The notes under the pieces are model-generated. The model saw nothing but the letters and a program-made list of their open reading frames with translations. It was not told where the DNA came from and made no database searches. Made by a program: the position numbers and the translations under genes. From contig NZ_CP030918.1 in the NCBI RefSeq assembly GCF_003324675.1, positions 540,001 through 572,000 of the forward strand: a stretch of 32,000 bases of DNA, read 5' to 3'. This stretch comes from Paracoccus suum. GTDB lineage: Bacteria > Pseudomonadota > Alphaproteobacteria > Rhodobacterales > Rhodobacteraceae. Positions 28,032 through 32,000 of this stretch are shown piece by piece. Position 1 is the first letter of the stretch. Each line of letters opens with the position of its first letter.

Positions 28032-28369
28032 CAGAAAAGCCGCCCGCCCAGCGGGACGTCCTGGTCGGGGGCGATCAGAACGACCTCGCCCTCGGCATCG
28101 GGCAGGCCGAGGACCAGGACCTCGGACATGACCGGCCCGATCTGGCGCGGCGGGAAATTGACAACGGCAAGCACCTGCCGGCCGACCAGTTCCTCTGGGG
28201 TATAGTGGCGCGTGATCTGGGCCGAGCTGCGACGTTCGCCCAGGTCGGGACCGAAATCGACCCACAACTTCAGCGCCGGCTTGCGTGCCTCGGGGAACGG
28301 CTCGGCGCGGGTGATGCGGCCGGCGCGGATATCGAGACGCAGGAAATCGTCAAAGCTGGCGGTGGTCAT
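28031..28369 (-). CDS. csaA: tRNA-binding domain protein (CsaA/EMAP-like)
   Basis: 112 aa. FLRLDIRAGRITRAEPFPEARKPALKLWVDFG...AVVNFPPRQIGPVMSEV. Confidence 0.8.
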   Translation of the reverse strand: MTTASFDDFLRLDIRAGRITRAEPFPEARKPALKLWVDFGPDLGERRSSAQITRHYTPEELVGRQVLAVVNFPPRQIGPVMSEVLVLGLPDAEGEVVLIAPDQDVPLGGRLF

Positions 28370-29175
28370 TGCGCAAGCTCGCGGGCGCGGTCGGTGGCCG
28401 CCGCGACGGTGCGGGCGATCAGCGGGCGCAGGCCGGCATCGGGGTCCATCAGGACGGCCAGCCCGGCCGCCGTGGTTCCGGCGGGCGAGGTTACCGCCTC
28501 ACGCAGCTTCGCCGGGGTTTCGTCGCCGGAGAGGGCAAGCGCGCCGGCGCCGGCAACCGTGGCGCGTGCCAGCGTCATGGCCGTGTCGGCGGGCAGGCCG
28601 ACCGCAACGCCCGCCTCGGCCAGCGCCTCGATCAGGTGGAACACATAGGCCGGGCCGCTGCCAGAAAGGCCGGTGACCGCGTCGATCTGGGCCTCGTCAT
28701 CCAGTTGCACCACCTGCCCGACCGCGCCCATCAGGGCGGCGGCAAGGTCCATCGCCGCAGCATCCGCGCGGGCGTTGCCGGCGACGGCCGTGATCCCCTG
28801 GCCGATGGCGGCAGGGGTGTTCGGCATCGCGCGGACGATGGGAGCGGCAGGAAAGCTGGACTCCAGCGTTTTGATGCGCGTGCCGGCCGCGACCGAGACG
28901 ACCAGTGTGCGGCCCTGCCCCCATGCGGCGAGCGTCGGCAGCACGTCGCCCATCATCTGCGGCTTCACGGCGAGGACCAGCACCGCCGGGTCGGCTGGGG
29001 GGTCCGCGTTCACGTTGACCCCGCGCGCCGCCCAGCGCGGATCGGGCTTGGGGTCGATGACATGCGCCGAGGCTGGGTCCAGCCCGCGCGCCAGCCAGCC
29101 GTCCAGCAGTGCGCCGCCCATCTTGCCGGCCCCGACAAGGACCAGCCCCCGATCATTCAGTTTCGCCAGATCCAT
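28366..29175 (-). CDS. proC: Pyrroline-5-carboxylate reductase
   Basis: 269 aa. Rossmann motif LVLVGAGKMGGALL. C-terminal TSPAGTTAAGLAVL. Confidence 0.9.
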   Translation of the reverse strand: MDLAKLNDRGLVLVGAGKMGGALLDGWLARGLDPASAHVIDPKPDPRWAARGVNVNADPPADPAVLVLAVKPQMMGDVLPTLAAWGQGRTLVVSVAAGTRIKTLESSFPAAPIVRAMPNTPAAIGQGITAVAGNARADAAAMDLAAALMGAVGQVVQLDDEAQIDAVTGLSGSGPAYVFHLIEALAEAGVAVGLPADTAMTLARATVAGAGALALSGDETPAKLREAVTSPAGTTAAGLAVLMDPDAGLRPLIARTVAAATDRARELAQ

Positions 29176-29201
29176 GCGCAGCCCCGCTCTTCAGTCAGCC
29201 C

Positions 29202-29705
29202 TCAGGCGCGACCGTAGGCTGCCGACATGGCAATCGCCATCGCTGCCGTTGGGGTGGATTCCCCCCAGCAGGCCAGTTGGAACGCCGGGTAGAACCGCTC
29301 GGCCTCCGTGATGGCGGCGCAGACCATGTGATCGACCTGGCTCGGCTCGGCCATGGCATCGCCGGCGAGGATCAGGCCATAGCGCCAGACCAGTAGCTTT
29401 TGGGGCGCCCAGAAGGTAAAGCCGCCATCCCAGACCTCGTCATTGGCGAGGTTCAACGCCTCGTAGAGATCGCCAAGGCGCTCGACCGGCGGGTCGAAGT
29501 CGAAGGTGCAGACCAGCCGCAGGACGGATTCGCGCGCCGACCAGGCGAGGGTGATGGAATAGGTCCGCCACTGACCTTCGACGGCCATGGCGATCTGGTC
29601 ATCGGCGAGACGATCAAACTCCCATTCATGATGGTTGGCGACGGTTTCAGCGATGTCGATCGGATGGATGTCGTCGCTGGGAATGAACTGTTCGGCGAGT
29701 GCCAT
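29202..29705 (-). CDS. YbjN domain-containing protein
   Basis: The track ORF is over-extended to 29909. ATG 29705 gives MALAEQFIPSDDIHPIDIAETVANHHEWEFDR...WRTYSITLAW. As I recall, this kind of gene commonly sits next to proC in alphaproteobacteria. Confidence 0.65.
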   Translation of the reverse strand: MALAEQFIPSDDIHPIDIAETVANHHEWEFDRLADDQIAMAVEGQWRTYSITLAWSARESVLRLVCTFDFDPPVERLGDLYEALNLANDEVWDGGFTFWAPQKLLVWRYGLILAGDAMAEPSQVDHMVCAAITEAERFYPAFQLACWGESTPTAAMAIAMSAAYGRA

Positions 29706-29880
29706 GAGCCGTCCCTGCCCTCTCGCAAAGGTGGGGTGGGTGCCCCTACCTGTGGTGATCCTCACAAGTCCCGGCATTCTGAGGTGCCAGTAACTACCAG
29801 ATATCGTGGTGCCAAGCCTGGAGCGAGTAAAGCTAATTTTCCGTGACGCAGGCGGGGCTGGCGAGTCGTTCAGGCGATGT

Positions 29881-30309
29881 TCATGACATGTTCTCGGCAG
29901 CCGCGCCACTAATTTCGGCCAGCGCCTCTATCACCACCATGGCCTGGGCCCATGGGTGATCGTCGGTCAGCGTGACATGGATGCGCGCGACATGGCCCGG
30001 CGGGGTCATCGCTGCCAGCCGCTCGGCCGCCCAGCCAGTCAGGTGTATCTGCGGCTGGCCGGCGCGGTTGTTGGTCACCGCCATGTCGCGCCAGGCGATG
30101 CCCATGCGCAGCCCGGTGCCCAGCGCCTTGCTGCACGCCTCCTTGGCGGCCCAGCGCTTGGCGAGCGTCGCAGCCTCGTGCGGTCGGCGGGCGGCGCGGG
30201 CCAGTTCGGTCGGGGTAAAGACCCGCGTGCGAAAGCGGTCCCCATGGCGGTCCAGCACGCCGGCGATGCGCGCGATATTGGCGAGGTCGGTGCCGATGCC
30301 GAGGATCAT
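29881..30309 (-). CDS. acpS: Holo-[acyl-carrier-protein] synthase
   Basis: The canonical N-terminus MILGIGTDL starts at ATG 30309; the track GTG at 30321 is less likely. [14 protein letters not shown] is present. ATGA overlap with the upstream gene. Confidence 0.9.
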   Translation of the reverse strand: MILGIGTDLANIARIAGVLDRHGDRFRTRVFTPTELARAARRPHEAATLAKRWAAKEACSKALGTGLRMGIAWRDMAVTNNRAGQPQIHLTGWAAERLAAMTPPGHVARIHVTLTDDHPWAQAMVVIEALAEISGAAAENMS

Positions 30310-31112
30310 TGCCCATCCCACCAGTTGAGCGGGTTCCAGTCCGACCCCGGCCCGGGCAGGGGCGCAGTGCCGTCGGGCGCGACCGGCCCCGCAGGGCTGC
30401 CAAAGGCCCAGTCATAGATCGCGCGGAACATGCCGAGGCTGGCGCCCCAGGTGCCACCCAGATCGAGCGCCGGGAGCCCTTCGTAAAGGCCGCGCGCCTC
30501 GTCCCAGGCGGCGCCGGGACTTGATGCGACTGCGGCCCAGATCTCGGCCCGGGTCGGGGCCTTCATCCCGCAGACCTGGGTGGCTTCGGGCGGGACGGCA
30601 CGTTCCGGGTTCAGCGCGACATCCAGCTCGCGCACCTCGCTCATCATGGCGCATGCGTCGTGCAGCTCCCACGCGGTGGCAGCGGCGATCACGCCGACGC
30701 CGATCACCGGGATCGCCTCACCCGCCACGCTGCCGATGTTGCGCGCCGCCCCGCGCGCCGTACGCCGCGCCAGCCGGTCCGAGGTGTCGGCCACAGCCTC
30801 GGCCGCCGGCCGCCGCGCACCGCGATAGGTCACCTGCCGCGCCGCGCGCGCCTTGGCGGCCTCGGCCGCCTCGCTGGCGGCACGGGCCTCGGCCCGTGTG
30901 GCGCGTGCTTCCAGCGCGGTGGTCCGCGCGGCATTGCGGGTGGCAAGGCTGCGCACGCCGCTGACCGCCTCGACCGCGCCGGCGACCGCGGCGAACACCA
31001 CCGGCGAGACCGCCATAGCGACATTCAGCGCCAACGACGCCGCCATCAGCAACATCATCAGCACCGACCACAACCCGCCGAGCGTGCGCCAGATCAGGCG
31101 GATCGCCCTCAT
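30306..31112 (-). CDS. Hypothetical membrane protein Y (268 aa)
   Basis: The track ORF is over-extended to 31445. ATG 31112 overlaps the stop of upstream gene X (ATGA). High GC3 in this frame. Predicted N-terminal TM region ([37 protein letters not shown]), then an A/R/E-rich helical segment, then a second TM ([16 protein letters not shown]). The ~110-aa C-terminal domain ends in [11 protein letters not shown]. No family recognised. Confidence 0.6.
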   Translation of the reverse strand: MRAIRLIWRTLGGLWSVLMMLLMAASLALNVAMAVSPVVFAAVAGAVEAVSGVRSLATRNAARTTALEARATRAEARAASEAAEAAKARAARQVTYRGARRPAAEAVADTSDRLARRTARGAARNIGSVAGEAIPVIGVGVIAAATAWELHDACAMMSEVRELDVALNPERAVPPEATQVCGMKAPTRAEIWAAVASSPGAAWDEARGLYEGLPALDLGGTWGASLGMFRAIYDWAFGSPAGPVAPDGTAPLPGPGSDWNPLNWWDGQ

Positions 31113-31567
31113 CGGGCGTCGGCGGTGATCTCGCCGCTGGATTGGTTGATGGTCAGGCGCAGCGTCGCGGGGTGGGCGTCGCTCTCGCCCGGCGTGACCC
31201 GCTTGATAGGCACGGTCACGACCAGCCCCTTGCCGGCCTGATACTCGGCCCGGCGCGCGGCGAAATCGAGACCGAAGAAGCCCGAGCCCTCGGCCTCGCC
31301 CACCAGCCGGCAACGGCGCAGGCCAAGCTCGTCCAGCGGCGGCGACTGGACCATCAGATAGAATGGCGCGCCGGCTGGCTCGACCGTGTCGATCGCGGTC
31401 AGGCGGATCGCACCGTCGGCATAGGTGGCGGTGTTCGCCTCCCACGGCTCGGCAATCGTGTCGGCGCGAGGGCCGTCACCGCAGGGCGTAACCGACTGGG
31501 CCCCGGCCGGGAGGGCAAGCAGCGCAAGCATCGCGGCCAGCCGAGTGCTGCGCCGGCCGCCCATCAT
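31109..31567 (-). CDS. Hypothetical secreted protein X (152 aa)
   Basis: ATG 31567 overlaps the pdxJ stop (ATGA). Signal peptide MMGGRRSTRLAAMLALLALPAGA/QS, and two Cys in the mature part. No family recognised. Confidence 0.55.
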   Translation of the reverse strand: MMGGRRSTRLAAMLALLALPAGAQSVTPCGDGPRADTIAEPWEANTATYADGAIRLTAIDTVEPAGAPFYLMVQSPPLDELGLRRCRLVGEAEGSGFFGLDFAARRAEYQAGKGLVVTVPIKRVTPGESDAHPATLRLTINQSSGEITADAR

Positions 31568-32000
31568 CCGGCGTTCCCGCGCGCAGCGTCCATGCAGCGG
31601 CGCATTTCGGCGATTGCCGGCCCAAGGCCGCGCAGGATGGCCTCGCCGATCAGGAAATGGCCGATGTTCAACTCCAGCACCTCGGGCATGGCAGCGATCG
31701 GGCCGACGTTCTGATAGGTCAGGCCGTGGCCGGCGTGCACCTCCAGCCCCAGCGCGGCGGCGAGGCTGGCGCCGGCGCGCAACCCTTCCAGTTCGGCCTG
31801 CTGCTCGGCCAACCGGCCCTCGATCCCCAGGTCACACCATGCGCCGGTGTGCAGCTCGACCACCGCGGCGCCGGCCTTGGCCGCGGCCTCGATCTGGCGC
31901 GGATCATGGCCGATGAACAGTGACACCCGGCTGCCGGCCTCGCGCAGGGGGGCGATGAAATCGGCCATCCGCCCGGCATCGCCAGCAACGTCGAGGCCGC
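31564..32000 (-). CDS. pdxJ: Pyridoxine 5'-phosphate synthase; 5' end lies outside the window
   Basis: The reading frame stays open to the window edge (...GLDVAGDAGRMADFIAPL...). Motifs VELHTG, HAGHGLTY and ELNIGHFLIGEA are colinear with the C-terminal half of E. coli PdxJ. Confidence 0.9.
   Translation of the reverse strand, partial: GLDVAGDAGRMADFIAPLREAGSRVSLFIGHDPRQIEAAAKAGAAVVELHTGAWCDLGIEGRLAEQQAELEGLRAGASLAAALGLEVHAGHGLTYQNVGPIAAMPEVLELNIGHFLIGEAILRGLGPAIAEMRRCMDAARGNAG

Noticed and set aside
27075-29175. Chain of ATGA stop/start overlaps (proC/csaA, csaA/dehydrogenase; also rnc/era and VOC/yceI)
   Set aside because: Four-nucleotide overlaps are common in compact high-GC operons. I used them only as evidence for start sites and co-transcription, not as unusual features in themselves.
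29774-29790. Sigma54-like element on the minus strand (TGGCAC-N7-TGC) upstream of ybjN
   Set aside because: The GG-to-GC spacing is one nucleotide longer than the canonical -24/-12 spacing, and the -12 box is AATGC rather than TTGCA. No enhancer-binding-protein gene is nearby.
1-32000. Search for CRISPR arrays, IS elements or inverted terminal repeats, integrases, tRNA or rRNA genes, and toxin-antitoxin or defence-type gene pairs
   Set aside because: I saw no regularly spaced direct repeats, transposase, integrase or recombinase motifs, tRNA-like cloverleaf sequences in the intergenic gaps, or recognisable defence genes. The only compositional anomaly is the ~320-bp pocket at 11632-11947.

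Overview
High-GC (by eye about two-thirds G+C, not computed) chromosomal core segment that looks alphaproteobacterial, Rhodobacterales-like. I recognise about 37 protein genes, almost all housekeeping. Left to right: bamD (cut by the window edge) <- lpxC <- ftsZ <- ftsA <- ftsQ <- ddl, the distal end of the dcw division cluster. Then a GabT-like aminotransferase, a rhomboid protease, a poxvirus-like type IB topoisomerase and suhB. Next come an orphan 64-aa basic repeat ORF, divergent metR/metF, and a group IV decarboxylase paired with an Lrp/AsnC regulator. An HxlR regulator sits divergent from a tight four-gene cluster (tandem DUF1428, VOC, YceI, GST). After that: valS, a KTSC-domain protein, lepB-rnc-era, DUF1491, a hisC-like aminotransferase, and csbD with a general-stress-type promoter motif. 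The window ends with ybjN-proC-csaA-2-hydroxyacid dehydrogenase and pdxJ-X-Y-acpS, where X and Y are unknown envelope proteins. Many track ORFs are GC-driven shadow ORFs, or start too far upstream at alternative start codons. I re-derived starts from N-terminal family conservation, RBS position and ATGA stop/start overlaps. I found no tRNA, rRNA, CRISPR array, IS element, transposase, integrase or phage genes. I do not see a convincing novel multi-gene system such as a defence island. The best leads are the small repeat ORF at 11753-11947, the two unknown genes wedged between pdxJ and acpS, and the HxlR-linked cluster. All product calls rest on motif recognition by eye, with no database search.
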